Source: an uncultured Collinsella sp. (GTDB lineage Bacteria; Actinomycetota; Coriobacteriia; Coriobacteriales; Coriobacteriaceae). Taken from it: DNA of 64,000 bases. Position 1 is the stretch's first letter; every line of letters starts with the position of its first letter. The notes beneath the pieces are model-generated. The model ran no database searches. It saw only the letters and a list, made by a program, of their open reading frames with translations, and had not been told where the DNA came from. Below, in pieces: positions 48,358 through 58,042 of this stretch. The stretch lies in contig CABUKS010000006.1 of the NCBI GenBank assembly GCA_902492235.1, positions 5,620-69,619 on the forward strand. Direction: 5' to 3'. Both the position numbers and the translations under genes were made by a program.

Positions 48358-49107
48358 TCACCGACCCAACATGAATTCCATCGCACGGAGGCGCTGATCG
48401 GTGTGCGTCGCAGCCCAAACATGCGAAAGCCCCAACAAAAAGGCTGCGGTATGGGGGTCGACCCTCTCGGCCATGAGCGCATCGAAGGTCATGGACATGA
48501 GGGCGCGCAGCCACGCGACCTCACCGGTCGACACCAGCTCGGCACCCGGAACGCTCGAAGCGCACGACCCGCACATGAGACCGCCCGCCTGGGGCGAAAA
48601 ATACGACAACATGGGGTCTCCGCACAGCACGCAGGCCGAAAAATCGGGTCGATAGCCAACGTGCGACAGCAGTTTAAAGACATATGCCGCCACAAGTAGA
48701 TCCATGTGTGCCGTGTCGAGCCCACTGCCCACCAGGGCAAGCGCTCGCTGCGTTATAGCAAAGGTGAACGGGTCCTCGGCGTCCTCGAACGAGCACACGC
48801 GCGCGACCTCGGCGATCGCGCTTGCCGCGCATGTCGTCTCGTAATCGGGCGCAACGCCGAGCGGAGCCTCCATAAGCTCGGCCTGGGAAACCACGTCGAG
48901 CGACCGTCCATGCGCAAGCAGCATATCGACGGTACAGAACAGCTCGCAGCGCGCCGCCAACCGCCCGCCGGGCTTACGCGCACCCTTTGCCACGGCACGA
49001 ACCTGCCGACCCCGCTCGTCAAGCATCGTCAGGATCAGGTCGGTCTCTTTGAGCTTCGTCTTGTCGAGGACGAGCACCTTGGTGCGATATGTCCGGGAGC
49101 CTGCCAT
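48358..49107 (-). CDS. recO: DNA repair protein RecO
   Basis: E.D.I...L...G.V.AVAKGARK, Zn motif CVLC..CGSC; follows era. Confidence 0.93.
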   Translation of the reverse strand: MAGSRTYRTKVLVLDKTKLKETDLILTMLDERGRQVRAVAKGARKPGGRLAARCELFCTVDMLLAHGRSLDVVSQAELMEAPLGVAPDYETTCAASAIAEVARVCSFEDAEDPFTFAITQRALALVGSGLDTAHMDLLVAAYVFKLLSHVGYRPDFSACVLCGDPMLSYFSPQAGGLMCGSCASSVPGAELVSTGEVAWLRALMSMTFDALMAERVDPHTAAFLLGLSHVWAATHTDQRLRAMEFMLGR

Positions 49108-49122
49108 GCGTGCCGCGCGCCC

Positions 49123-50193
49123 TTAGTCCTCGGCGTTGTAGCCAAAGCGGCGAATCTGGGCCTCGTCGTCACGCCAGCCGGCCTTGACCTTCACGTCCAG
49201 CTCCAAAAAGACCTGCGTGCCAAAGATGCGCTCAAGATCGCGACGGGCGTCGATACCGATATGCTTGATCATCTCGCCGCCCTTACCGATGATGATGCCC
49301 TTTTGGCCCTCGCGCTCGACGTAAATGGTAGCGTGCACGCGCAGCACCTTCTTGGTCTGCTCGAGCGCATCGCAGATCACGCCCACGGAGTGCGGGATCT
49401 CGTCGCGGGTGCGGCGCAAGACCTTCTCGCGCACAAACTCGGAAACGAGCGTCTCGTCGGAAGCGTCGGTACCCATGTCCTCGGGGAACCAACGCGGACC
49501 TTCGGGCAAAAAGTGCGCAACGGTCTCGATAAAGGCATCGACGTTGAAGTTCTTGACCGACGACGTCACGATCTCGTCGTCATACTCCATGAGCTCGTGG
49601 GCGGCCTTGAGCTGTTCCACAACCTGTGCGGGGTCGGCCTCATCGGCCTTAGTGAGTACCAGAACCTTCTTGGAACGAGCGTTCTTGACGCGCTCGGCAA
49701 CCCAAGCGTCTCCCCTGCCGATCGGCTTGGTGGCATCAATCAAAAACGCGATGACATCGACATCGTTCAGCTCGAACAACGCGCTCTTGTTGAGCTCGGA
49801 TCCCAGACCGTCCTTGGGCTTATGAATGCCCGGGGTATCGACAAAGACCAGCTGGTAGCCGGGACGGTTGACGACGGCGCGCATGCGGCGGCGGGTCGTC
49901 TGGGCCACCGGCGAGGTGATGGCGACCTTTTTGCCATAGCAGGCGTTGAGCAGCGTGGACTTACCGGCGTTGGGACGACCGACCAGGGCCACGAAGCCGC
50001 TGCGGAAACCAGGCTCAACGTCGCCAAAGCCCGCGAGGCTGTCGTCCTCGTCGCACAGGGCGTCGAGCTCCTCATCGCTCATGCCCTCAAACGGGTCGAA
50101 CTCCTCGGCCTCGTCAAACGAATCGGCACCTTCAGCCTCGTCCAGGACCTCGTCATCCAAAACTTCATCGGCAGACTGCATATTGTCGGACAT
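49123..50193 (-). CDS. era: GTPase Era with acidic N-terminal extension
   Basis: SGFVALVGRPNAGKST, QTTR, DTPGIH, KH GIIIGKGG. Confidence 0.96.
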   Translation of the reverse strand: MSDNMQSADEVLDDEVLDEAEGADSFDEAEEFDPFEGMSDEELDALCDEDDSLAGFGDVEPGFRSGFVALVGRPNAGKSTLLNACYGKKVAITSPVAQTTRRRMRAVVNRPGYQLVFVDTPGIHKPKDGLGSELNKSALFELNDVDVIAFLIDATKPIGRGDAWVAERVKNARSKKVLVLTKADEADPAQVVEQLKAAHELMEYDDEIVTSSVKNFNVDAFIETVAHFLPEGPRWFPEDMGTDASDETLVSEFVREKVLRRTRDEIPHSVGVICDALEQTKKVLRVHATIYVEREGQKGIIIGKGGEMIKHIGIDARRDLERIFGTQVFLELDVKVKAGWRDDEAQIRRFGYNAED

Positions 50194-50205
50194 GGGAATC
50201 CCTTT

Positions 50206-50583
50206 CTAAATAAAGCCGAGCGCGTGGGCAAATACCAGCAAGCCCACAATCGCGGCGGTGATGGAAAGAACGTATACAGAGGCGGCGGCGATGTCCTTCG
50301 CACGCTTGGCCAGCGGATGGAGCTCCTGGGTCGCTAGGTCGACGATAGCCTCCATAGCGGTGTTGCACAGCTCGCCGTGAATCACCAGGCCACAACAGAT
50401 GATAATCGTGGCCCACTCGGCAATGTCGAGGCCCACGATACAGCCGGCAATGACGGTGCACACGCCCGCCACGAGCATGACCTTAATGTTGCGCTCGGTC
50501 TTGACGGCGGTGACGAAGCCCTCCATGGCGTAGGAAAACGACTTTAAGAAGGACGGATGGTCCTTGTTCGATCCGGGAATCAT
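50206..50583 (-). CDS. dgkA: Diacylglycerol/undecaprenol kinase family protein
   Basis: SF.YA.EG, ERN, ELCNTAME..VD, AKDIAA. Confidence 0.9.
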   Translation of the reverse strand: MIPGSNKDHPSFLKSFSYAMEGFVTAVKTERNIKVMLVAGVCTVIAGCIVGLDIAEWATIIICCGLVIHGELCNTAMEAIVDLATQELHPLAKRAKDIAAASVYVLSITAAIVGLLVFAHALGFI

Positions 50584-50592
50584 AGACGGCTC

Positions 50593-51102
50593 CTAGTCGT
50601 GGGCGTGGTTGGTGATGGGGCCGACGTGGACTAGCTTGGGGTCCTCGCCGCGCTCGAGCGCCAGATCGCGCAGGATGGCGTCCTCGCGGGCCTCCATGAC
50701 CTCGGCCTCGTCGTCCTCGATATGGTCATAGCCCAGCAGGTGCAGCATGCCGTGTACGAGCATCAGACGACACTCGTCAGCGGGGCTATTGCCAAAACCG
50801 GGGGCCTGACGGGCAATAACCTGCGGGGCCAAGATGATATCGCCGAGCTCGAGCGTCTCGTCGGCGGGAATATCCTCGTCAAAGGCCGAGTCGCATTCAA
50901 ACGAGAGCACATCGGTGGTGCGGTCGATACCGCGCCACTCGTGGTTGAGCTCGTGCATCTCGTCCTCGTCGACATACGAAAGGGAAATCTCGACTTCACG
51001 CTCAACGCCCTCGGCGGCAAGCACAACCTCGCAGATGTGCTCCACCTCATGCGCGTCGAGCAGCGTATCGAGCTCGGCATCGTTGCTGATCAATACACTC
51101 AA
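50593..51102 (-). CDS. ybeY: rRNA maturation factor YbeY
   Basis: TDVLSF, LGDI, HGMLHLLGYDH. Confidence 0.96.
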   Translation of the reverse strand: MSVLISNDAELDTLLDAHEVEHICEVVLAAEGVEREVEISLSYVDEDEMHELNHEWRGIDRTTDVLSFECDSAFDEDIPADETLELGDIILAPQVIARQAPGFGNSPADECRLMLVHGMLHLLGYDHIEDDEAEVMEAREDAILRDLALERGEDPKLVHVGPITNHAHD

Positions 51103-52085
51103 CGGGACTCCTTTCGGTCACGTACGCGCTTCTCGCGCACATCATCATAAGTATCGTATGCCTCGACGATACGTCCCACCAAGGCATGGCGCACCACGTC
51201 GGCACGCTCGAGGTGCGAAAATGCGACATCATCGACACGGCCCAAAATCTTCTCGACATCCGCCAAGCCACCACGACGACCCACCAGGTCACGCTGGCTC
51301 AGGTCGCCGGTAATCACGAACTTGGAGTTGAAGCCCAGGCGCGTCAGGAACATCTTCATCTGCTCGGGCGTGGTATTTTGCGCCTCGTCGAGCACCACGA
51401 AGGCATCACTCAGCGTGCGGCCGCGCATGTAGGCAAGCGGGGCGATCTCGATCACGCCGCGCTCCATAAGCTCATCGGTGCGCTCGCGATCCATCATGTC
51501 AAAAAGGGCGTCGTAAAGCGGACGCATGTAGGGATCGATCTTTTCCTCGAGGGTGCCGGGCAAAAAGCCCAGATTCTCCCCCGCCTCGACAACCGGACGC
51601 GTCAAGATCAGACGGCCCACCTCGTGACGCTTGAGCGCGGCAAGGGCGAGCGCCATGGCCAGATAGGTCTTACCGGTGCCGGCAGGACCCAGGCCAAACG
51701 TGATGGTATGCGTGCGGATGGCATCCACATAGCGCTTTTGGCCGAGCGTCTTGGGGCGAATGACGCGGCCGCGATACGAAAGCAGCACGTCATCGCGAAG
51801 CGACGTAGCCTCGTGCTCACCGTCGCGCAAGACGGCCAGGCAGCGAGAGACATCGTCGGCAGACAGCGTGCGCCCGGCGGCCGCCTCGCGAAAAGCGTGC
51901 TCGAAAAAGCGCGCCACGAGTTCGACCTCGTCCGGGTCGCCGCTCACGGAGATGCTATCGCCACGGGCGACCACATGAGCGCGAACCAAGCTCTCGAGCG
52001 CACGAAGGACGCCGTCGCCGGCGCCCAAAACGCGCGAGGGATCAATCCCCTCGGGAACGGTAAGTCTAATCTTCGAGGCTTCCAT
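51099..52085 (-). CDS. phoH: PhoH-like ATPase (YbeZ)
   Basis: GPAGTGKT, LGFLPG, YMRGRTL, DEAQN. Confidence 0.95.
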   Translation of the reverse strand: MEASKIRLTVPEGIDPSRVLGAGDGVLRALESLVRAHVVARGDSISVSGDPDEVELVARFFEHAFREAAAGRTLSADDVSRCLAVLRDGEHEATSLRDDVLLSYRGRVIRPKTLGQKRYVDAIRTHTITFGLGPAGTGKTYLAMALALAALKRHEVGRLILTRPVVEAGENLGFLPGTLEEKIDPYMRPLYDALFDMMDRERTDELMERGVIEIAPLAYMRGRTLSDAFVVLDEAQNTTPEQMKMFLTRLGFNSKFVITGDLSQRDLVGRRGGLADVEKILGRVDDVAFSHLERADVVRHALVGRIVEAYDTYDDVREKRVRDRKESR

Positions 52086-53358
52086 GAACCTCCCTGCGTG
52101 CATGGACCAAGCCGGAATCATCGACTCCGATGATAGCAACATCGAGCAGGCACGGGGCTGTAAGTCCACAGGTATCGTCAAGACGGGCATGATGGAACGA
52201 GCCGAGCGTCAGGTTGTCACCATACTCGAGCACGGCACGCTCGACCGTGCCCACGCGACGACGAGCGTCGGCAATGGCGAGCTCCTGTGCGGCGGCCCGC
52301 ATACGGCGGCTGCGCTCGGCCATAACCTCGGGCGGCACCTGGTCGGGCATCTCGGCAGCAAGGGTGCCGGGACGCTTGCTGTAGCGGAACACGTGCATAC
52401 GCGAGAAACCCACACGGCGGCACAGCGCCAGCGACTCCTCGAACTCCTCGTCCGTCTCGCCAGGGAAGCCGACAATAACGTCGCAAGAAAGTGACGCCTG
52501 TGGCAGATTGGCGCGAATCATACGCACCGTGTCCTCAAAGGCCTCGGCACTATAGGGACGGCCCATGCGATGCAGGGTCGCCGTGCAGCCGGACTGCACG
52601 GGCAGGTGCAAAAACGGGGCGACACGCTGCGGGTAGCGCGCCATAACCTTAAGCAGGCGCTCGGAGATATCCATAGGCTCGACCGAGGAAATGCGCACAT
52701 GCGGAATAGACGTGCGCTCCATGATGGCCTCGAGCAGCTCATCGATTTCGACGTGCTCGTCGGTCGCGCTCTTGCCATCGTAGGCACCCAAGTTCACACC
52801 GGTCAGCACCACCTCGGGCACGCCGGCCTCCTGGGCCTCGCGAACTTGCTCGAGCACGGACTCGACGGGCACGGAGCGCTCGGGGCCGCGTGCCTTCCAC
52901 ACAATGCAATAGGTGCAGCGATGGTTGCAGCCGTCCTGAATCTTCACGCCCAGGCGAGAGCGACCAAGCACATCGACCACCTCGCCATCGCTGCAGGCGG
53001 GAACGTTATCGGACTCAACGCCCAGCACCTCGCAGACACGTTCGGCGACATCGATCTTGGACGGCTCGGCGATCACGCGATCCGAAAGCTCCAGCAGCTC
53101 CTCAGGATGCAAATTGACCACGCATCCGGTCACGACCACATAGGGCTCGTTTGGATAGGCCAGCGCATGACGGACGGCCTTACGGGTCTTGGCCTCGGCC
53201 TCGCCCGTAACGGCACAGGTGTTAATGACGATCAGATCGGCATCCTGGGGCTCCACAATAGCAAAGCCCAGGCGCATAAGGTCGGCAGTGATACGGTCAG
53301 ACTCAACCCGGTTGACACGGCAGCCGAGGTTGACGACGGAAATATGGGGTGCGAGCAC
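52066..53358 (-). CDS. mtaB: tRNA t6A methylthiotransferase MtaB-like
   Basis: LGCRVN, INTCAVT.EA..K.R, KIQDGCNHRCTYC, HVF.YS.R.GT. Confidence 0.88.
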   Translation of the reverse strand: MLAPHISVVNLGCRVNRVESDRITADLMRLGFAIVEPQDADLIVINTCAVTGEAEAKTRKAVRHALAYPNEPYVVVTGCVVNLHPEELLELSDRVIAEPSKIDVAERVCEVLGVESDNVPACSDGEVVDVLGRSRLGVKIQDGCNHRCTYCIVWKARGPERSVPVESVLEQVREAQEAGVPEVVLTGVNLGAYDGKSATDEHVEIDELLEAIMERTSIPHVRISSVEPMDISERLLKVMARYPQRVAPFLHLPVQSGCTATLHRMGRPYSAEAFEDTVRMIRANLPQASLSCDVIVGFPGETDEEFEESLALCRRVGFSRMHVFRYSKRPGTLAAEMPDQVPPEVMAERSRRMRAAAQELAIADARRRVGTVERAVLEYGDNLTLGSFHHARLDDTCGLTAPCLLDVAIIGVDDSGLVHARREVHGSLED

Positions 53359-53367
53359 GCGGGCTCC

Positions 53368-54516
53368 TTAATCGAGGATATCATCGAGGGCACTCTTAAT
53401 ACGGTCGGTCACCGACTTCTTACCAGAAGCGACGTCATCGCCCATCTCATCGGCAAAAGCACGGAGCAGTTCGCGTTGCTTATTGGAAAGATTGGTGGGA
53501 ACGACCACGCGCAGTTGCACGATCAGGCGGCCACGCGAACCGCCACCGCCAATGCGCGGCATGCCGTAATTATTGACGCTCACGGTGTCGCCGTACTGGG
53601 CGCCGGCGGGAACCGTCACCTTAACGACCTCGTCGGGCATAATGCCCTCGACCTCGATCTCGCAGCCGAGCGCAGCCTGCGCAATCGAGATATCGCTCAC
53701 CAGGTACAGGTCGTCACCGTTGCGCTTAAAGCGCTCATGGTCGGCAACGCGCACGTTGACAATCAGGTCGCCCGAAGGCTCGCCGCGAAGGCCGGCCTCG
53801 CCAAAGCCGCTCACACGCAGCTGGCGACCGGTCGAAACGCCGGCGGGAATATCGATGTCGATCTTTTCGTGCGAAGGCGTGCGGCCCTGGCCGTCACAGG
53901 TCTCGCAGGGATGATCGATGACCGTGCCCTCGCCGTGGCAGTCGGGGCAAGGCGAAGAGGACTGGACCTGGCCCAAAAAAGAGCGCTGGACCGTGGTGAC
54001 ATAGCCCGTGCCGTGGCAGCGGCTGCACTGTTTTTCGGTCGCACCGTCAGCCTTGCCCGTACCGTTGCAATCCTCGCAGGGAGCAAGGCGGTCATAGCTG
54101 ATCGTCTTTTTGCAGCCGAGCGCCGCCTCCTCAAGGGTCACCGAAAGCGAGATGGCCATGTCACGTCCGCGACGACGCTCACGACGGCTGCGGGCGCCAC
54201 CGCCGGCACCGCCGCCAAAGAACGACGAGAACAAGTCGTCCATGCCCATGCCACCAAAGATATCGTTGATATCGACGTAGCCCGAACCACCAGGGCCGTC
54301 GGCGGTGCCGTAACGGTCGTAGTTAGCACGCTTCTGCTCGTCGGAAAGAACGGAATAGGCCTCGTTGAGTTCCTTGAACTTGGCCTCGGCCTCGGGGTCG
54401 TCCGAAACATCCGGGTGTACGGTACGGGCCTTCTTTAGAAACGCGCGCTTAATCGTCCGCGCGTCGGCATCCTTGTCGACGCCAAGTACCTCGTAGTAAT
54501 CCCTATTTTCCGACAC
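53368..54516 (-). CDS. dnaJ: Chaperone DnaJ (class A)
   Basis: J domain HPD, G/F region, four CxxCxGxG, both C-terminal domains; GTG start. Confidence 0.95.
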   Translation of the reverse strand: MSENRDYYEVLGVDKDADARTIKRAFLKKARTVHPDVSDDPEAEAKFKELNEAYSVLSDEQKRANYDRYGTADGPGGSGYVDINDIFGGMGMDDLFSSFFGGGAGGGARSRRERRRGRDMAISLSVTLEEAALGCKKTISYDRLAPCEDCNGTGKADGATEKQCSRCHGTGYVTTVQRSFLGQVQSSSPCPDCHGEGTVIDHPCETCDGQGRTPSHEKIDIDIPAGVSTGRQLRVSGFGEAGLRGEPSGDLIVNVRVADHERFKRNGDDLYLVSDISIAQAALGCEIEVEGIMPDEVVKVTVPAGAQYGDTVSVNNYGMPRIGGGGSRGRLIVQLRVVVPTNLSNKQRELLRAFADEMGDDVASGKKSVTDRIKSALDDILD

Positions 54517-54597
54517 GACCGAATCCTTCCGACTTTCATTATTGTCACAGTGCGTCCTATACCCAAGCTGGGCCGACCGCAAACAGAGGGTTTGATG

Positions 54598-55701
54598 TTA
54601 TTGCATTTGATACGGCGAAAGCATGGCCCGTTGCGAGCAGCTCGCGAACCAAACCGACACGAGCGCGAACATGAAGCCGTTGGCAAAACCGTTGGCAAAC
54701 TGCATCGCGCCGCGCTTCCACCACAGCAGACTGCGATGAAGCACACCGTCCGAAAGCACCATGAACAGGCCCATGGTAAACGGAATAAAGCACATCACGG
54801 CAAAGGCCGAGAACACACCCGAAATGGCCGACAGCACCAAAAACGGCGCCACGATGCCCATCAGGTAAAAACCGGTACGAGCTTTGCCTTCCAAGCGCTC
54901 GGCTTCAACATGGGCGCGGCCGACCAGGTCGCCGCCCGCGGCACCGTTGGTGCCAGCATGCCCCCTGCCGCTAATGCGGACCTCGTCGCCATCGTGCGTG
55001 CCGGCAGGAAACTCAATTGTCTGCTCGGAGGTCACACGGGTCCGCCCGCTGCCGCCGCAATCGGGGCAGGGGTCGGCCACGACCTTACCGGAACCGCCGC
55101 ACTCGGGGCAGACTGACTGAAACGTGCCCGCACCAAACAGGAAGGACAGGTCGACGTCGATGTGGCCGCGGCCGCCGCAGCTCGGGCAGGTATGGGCATG
55201 CTCAGAGGAGACAGAACCCGAGCCGCCGCAATGTCCGCATGTATCGAAACGCGTGTAGCGGACGGTCTTGCGGGCACCGCCCTTGGCCTCCTTGGCGTCA
55301 AGTTTGATATCGACGACCACATTGGCGCCGTTCTCGGGATTGTAGGCAGCCTGGCCGCGACGCTGCTGGCCCCAGGCGCCACCAAAGGGAAAGCCGCCCT
55401 CAAAGGGATTGCCATAGCCTGTGTTGCCGGCGTAGCCGCCACCATAGGGCGAAGCCGTAGGAGCACCGGCAAAGGGATTGCCCGAGCGCATGGCGTCGTA
55501 GCGCGCACGTTTTTGCTCATCCGAAAGCACGGCGTAGGCCTCGGAAACCTCTTTAAACTTTTCCTCGGCATCCGGCTCTTTGTTGACGTCCGGATGGAGC
55601 TTGCGGGCCTTTTGCTGAAAGGCCTTTTGAATATCACGCGAGGTGGCGTCCTTGGAGACACCCAGAATCTCGTAATAATCTTTTTCGTTCATCGTCGCCA
55701 T
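54598..55701 (-). CDS. DnaJ paralogue with hydrophobic (membrane) C-terminus
   Basis: HPD, G/F region, four CxxCGG motifs, then 2-3 hydrophobic helices; start 55701 or 55692. Confidence 0.85.
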   Translation of the reverse strand: MATMNEKDYYEILGVSKDATSRDIQKAFQQKARKLHPDVNKEPDAEEKFKEVSEAYAVLSDEQKRARYDAMRSGNPFAGAPTASPYGGGYAGNTGYGNPFEGGFPFGGAWGQQRRGQAAYNPENGANVVVDIKLDAKEAKGGARKTVRYTRFDTCGHCGGSGSVSSEHAHTCPSCGGRGHIDVDLSFLFGAGTFQSVCPECGGSGKVVADPCPDCGGSGRTRVTSEQTIEFPAGTHDGDEVRISGRGHAGTNGAAGGDLVGRAHVEAERLEGKARTGFYLMGIVAPFLVLSAISGVFSAFAVMCFIPFTMGLFMVLSDGVLHRSLLWWKRGAMQFANGFANGFMFALVSVWFASCSQRAMLSPYQMQ

Positions 55702-55759
55702 GCGCGGCAACCTCCTGCTCACAGCAGCGTATATATTCCGGTAATTCTACCCGAGCGGC

Positions 55760-56992
55760 CTAAGCTAGATCCCAAAACAGCTCGAACAGAACATTTCCAT
55801 CGAGCCAGCCCAAGTGTGTCGGCGCCAGACGAGCTCGAACATAGCGCGCGACGACATCTGCCGAAGTGAAAGGTCCCTCATGGACCCCGAGCGTCTCGGG
55901 CACCCAAGTGGCAAGACCCAATTCGAGCGCGCGATCGCAGGCAGCTGCCAGCTCATCGGCCGGGATGACACGAGCCGCGCGAACCAAAAGGTCGGACGCG
56001 ACACCGCGCGTCATGCGACAAGCAAGCATCAGGTCTTCGGCCGCAGCCTCGCGCTGCGACAGATATTCGGCCTCGAACGCCGTCGCGACATCGTCACGTT
56101 GCACCAGACGCACGCGGTACGAATCGCCTCGAGAAGACACGCCGGGGAACAAACCTACAAGACGGTCGAAATCCTCGGCGTCGAGCATGCCCGCGGCGGA
56201 ACGACCCAGGCCCAGGTAGCCCCGTCCGGTCCAGTAGGCAATGTTATGGGCGCACTCATGGCCGTCGAGCGCATAGCTTGCCACCTCATAGGGATGATAG
56301 CCGGCCGCACCCAGACGCTCACGCGCCACATCCATGCACGAAGCTTGAAAATCCTCGTCGGGCTCGAGCGACTCATCGCGGCACGCCATGCGATAAAGGG
56401 GCGTCCCCTCCTCAAGCGTGAGCGGGTAGACCGACACATGATGCGGAGCCGCCGCCAGCACGCCATCGAGCGTGCGCTTCCAACTCACTGCGGTCTGCCC
56501 GGGAAGTCCGCACATAAGGTCGCACGACACGTCAAGCCCAGCGTTCTTGACCGTCGCGATGGCAGCGAGCGCCCGATCGGCATCGTGAATACGGCCGATG
56601 GCAGTAAGTTCGGTGTTATCGAGCGTTTGCACGCCCAGAGAGACGCGTGTGACACCAACCTTGACAAGTGCAGTGGCAAGCTCGGCGGTCAGCGACTCGG
56701 GATTGGCCTCGCAGGTAAACTCAACGGGGGCGCACCACGCACGAATACGCCGCGCCAGCTCCACCAGGCGCTCCCCCGCCAGCGACGGCGTACCGCCGCC
56801 AACATAGACGGTGCGGATCTGGTCGAGGGCCCCAGCCTTGCTAAAAGCATCGAGGCGCGCGAACAACTGCTCAAAATAGACATCGAGCGCAGCGCTCAGG
56901 TCGCACGGAGCAAAACTGCGCGAGTCAAAGTCGCAGTACCGGCACTTTTGGGCGCAAAACGGCACGTGCGCATACAGCGCGGTAACGGCCAC
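55760..56992 (-). CDS. hemW: Radical SAM heme chaperone HemW (HemN-like)
   Basis: YAHVPFCAQKCRYCDF, GGGTPS, HNIAYW. Confidence 0.9.
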   Translation of the reverse strand: MAVTALYAHVPFCAQKCRYCDFDSRSFAPCDLSAALDVYFEQLFARLDAFSKAGALDQIRTVYVGGGTPSLAGERLVELARRIRAWCAPVEFTCEANPESLTAELATALVKVGVTRVSLGVQTLDNTELTAIGRIHDADRALAAIATVKNAGLDVSCDLMCGLPGQTAVSWKRTLDGVLAAAPHHVSVYPLTLEEGTPLYRMACRDESLEPDEDFQASCMDVARERLGAAGYHPYEVASYALDGHECAHNIAYWTGRGYLGLGRSAAGMLDAEDFDRLVGLFPGVSSRGDSYRVRLVQRDDVATAFEAEYLSQREAAAEDLMLACRMTRGVASDLLVRAARVIPADELAAACDRALELGLATWVPETLGVHEGPFTSADVVARYVRARLAPTHLGWLDGNVLFELFWDLA

Positions 56993-56994
56993 CC

Positions 56995-58038
56995 TTAAGC
57001 CTCCAGCGGATGAGGGGGCACCGATTCGCCGGCGGAAAGGGCAGCCTCGCAGGCCACCACATCGTGCTCGATCTCATCGACCAGCGCCATGAACTCCTCA
57101 TACGTGGAGCAGCGCACCACATGGGCACGCCAAGCGGCGGCATGGGGCATGCCTTTTAAGTACCAGCTTGCGTACGTGCGGGCACGCGACATGAGCGGCA
57201 GGAGCTCATGCGTCAGCGTCAGGTGCTCGCGCAGGGCGTTCAGGCGCTCGACCGAGCTGCGCGCCGGTACCGGCGTGCCATCGAGTGCAAGGGCGCGAGC
57301 ATCGCCGAACACCCACGGATTGCCGTAGATACCGCGCGCGATAAACACCGCGCTGGCACTCGAGCCTTGCAGATGCTCAACAGCGTCCTCGGCCGAGAAC
57401 ACATCGCCCGAACCGATAACGGGAATCTCGACGGCGTCGGCCACCTCATCGACGACCGACCAATCGGCCTGCCCTGTGTAGAGCTGCGTGGCGCAGCGGC
57501 CATGCACCGCCACCGCGGCGGCACCGGCGCCTTCGAGCATCTGGGCAAACGTCGCGGCATTACGGTCCTCGGCATAAAAGCCCTTGCGGATCTTTACAGT
57601 CACGGGCACATGCGCCGCGCCCACCGCCGCCTCGACGATCTTCTCGGCCAAATCGGGCGTGCGCATAAGGGCAGAGCCCTCGCCCTTGGTGACAACCTTG
57701 CGGGCAGGACAGGCCATGTTGATATCGATGAGCGACAGGCGATCGCCCACACGCTCCTCGACAGCGGCGACGGCACTCGCAAACTGCTCGGGCTTGGAGC
57801 CAAAGAGCTGCACGCAGATCTGCTGCTCCTCGTCGGCCGGCAGCACCAGGCGCCACGTTTTGTTGCTGGCATAGGCAAGGCCCGCCACGCTCACCATCTC
57901 GCTGTAGGCAAGGTTGGCACCGCGGCGGCGGCACATGATGCGATAAGCGGGGTCGGTTACGCCCGCCATGGGAGCCATAAGGAACGGCTGCTCGGCATAG
58001 GCACCCAGCAGCCGCTTACTGTATTCAGAAAGCGCCAT
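56995..58038 (-). CDS. dusB: tRNA-dihydrouridine synthase
   Basis: APMAGVTD, DINMACP, VTVKIR, VHGR, GNPW. Confidence 0.92.
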   Translation of the reverse strand: MALSEYSKRLLGAYAEQPFLMAPMAGVTDPAYRIMCRRRGANLAYSEMVSVAGLAYASNKTWRLVLPADEEQQICVQLFGSKPEQFASAVAAVEERVGDRLSLIDINMACPARKVVTKGEGSALMRTPDLAEKIVEAAVGAAHVPVTVKIRKGFYAEDRNAATFAQMLEGAGAAAVAVHGRCATQLYTGQADWSVVDEVADAVEIPVIGSGDVFSAEDAVEHLQGSSASAVFIARGIYGNPWVFGDARALALDGTPVPARSSVERLNALREHLTLTHELLPLMSRARTYASWYLKGMPHAAAWRAHVVRCSTYEEFMALVDEIEHDVVACEAALSAGESVPPHPLEA

Positions 58039-58042
58039 GGAC

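Noticed and set aside
29030..53358. Three radical SAM methylthiotransferases in one window
   Set aside because: They are the standard miaB, rimO and mtaB, each in its usual neighbourhood.
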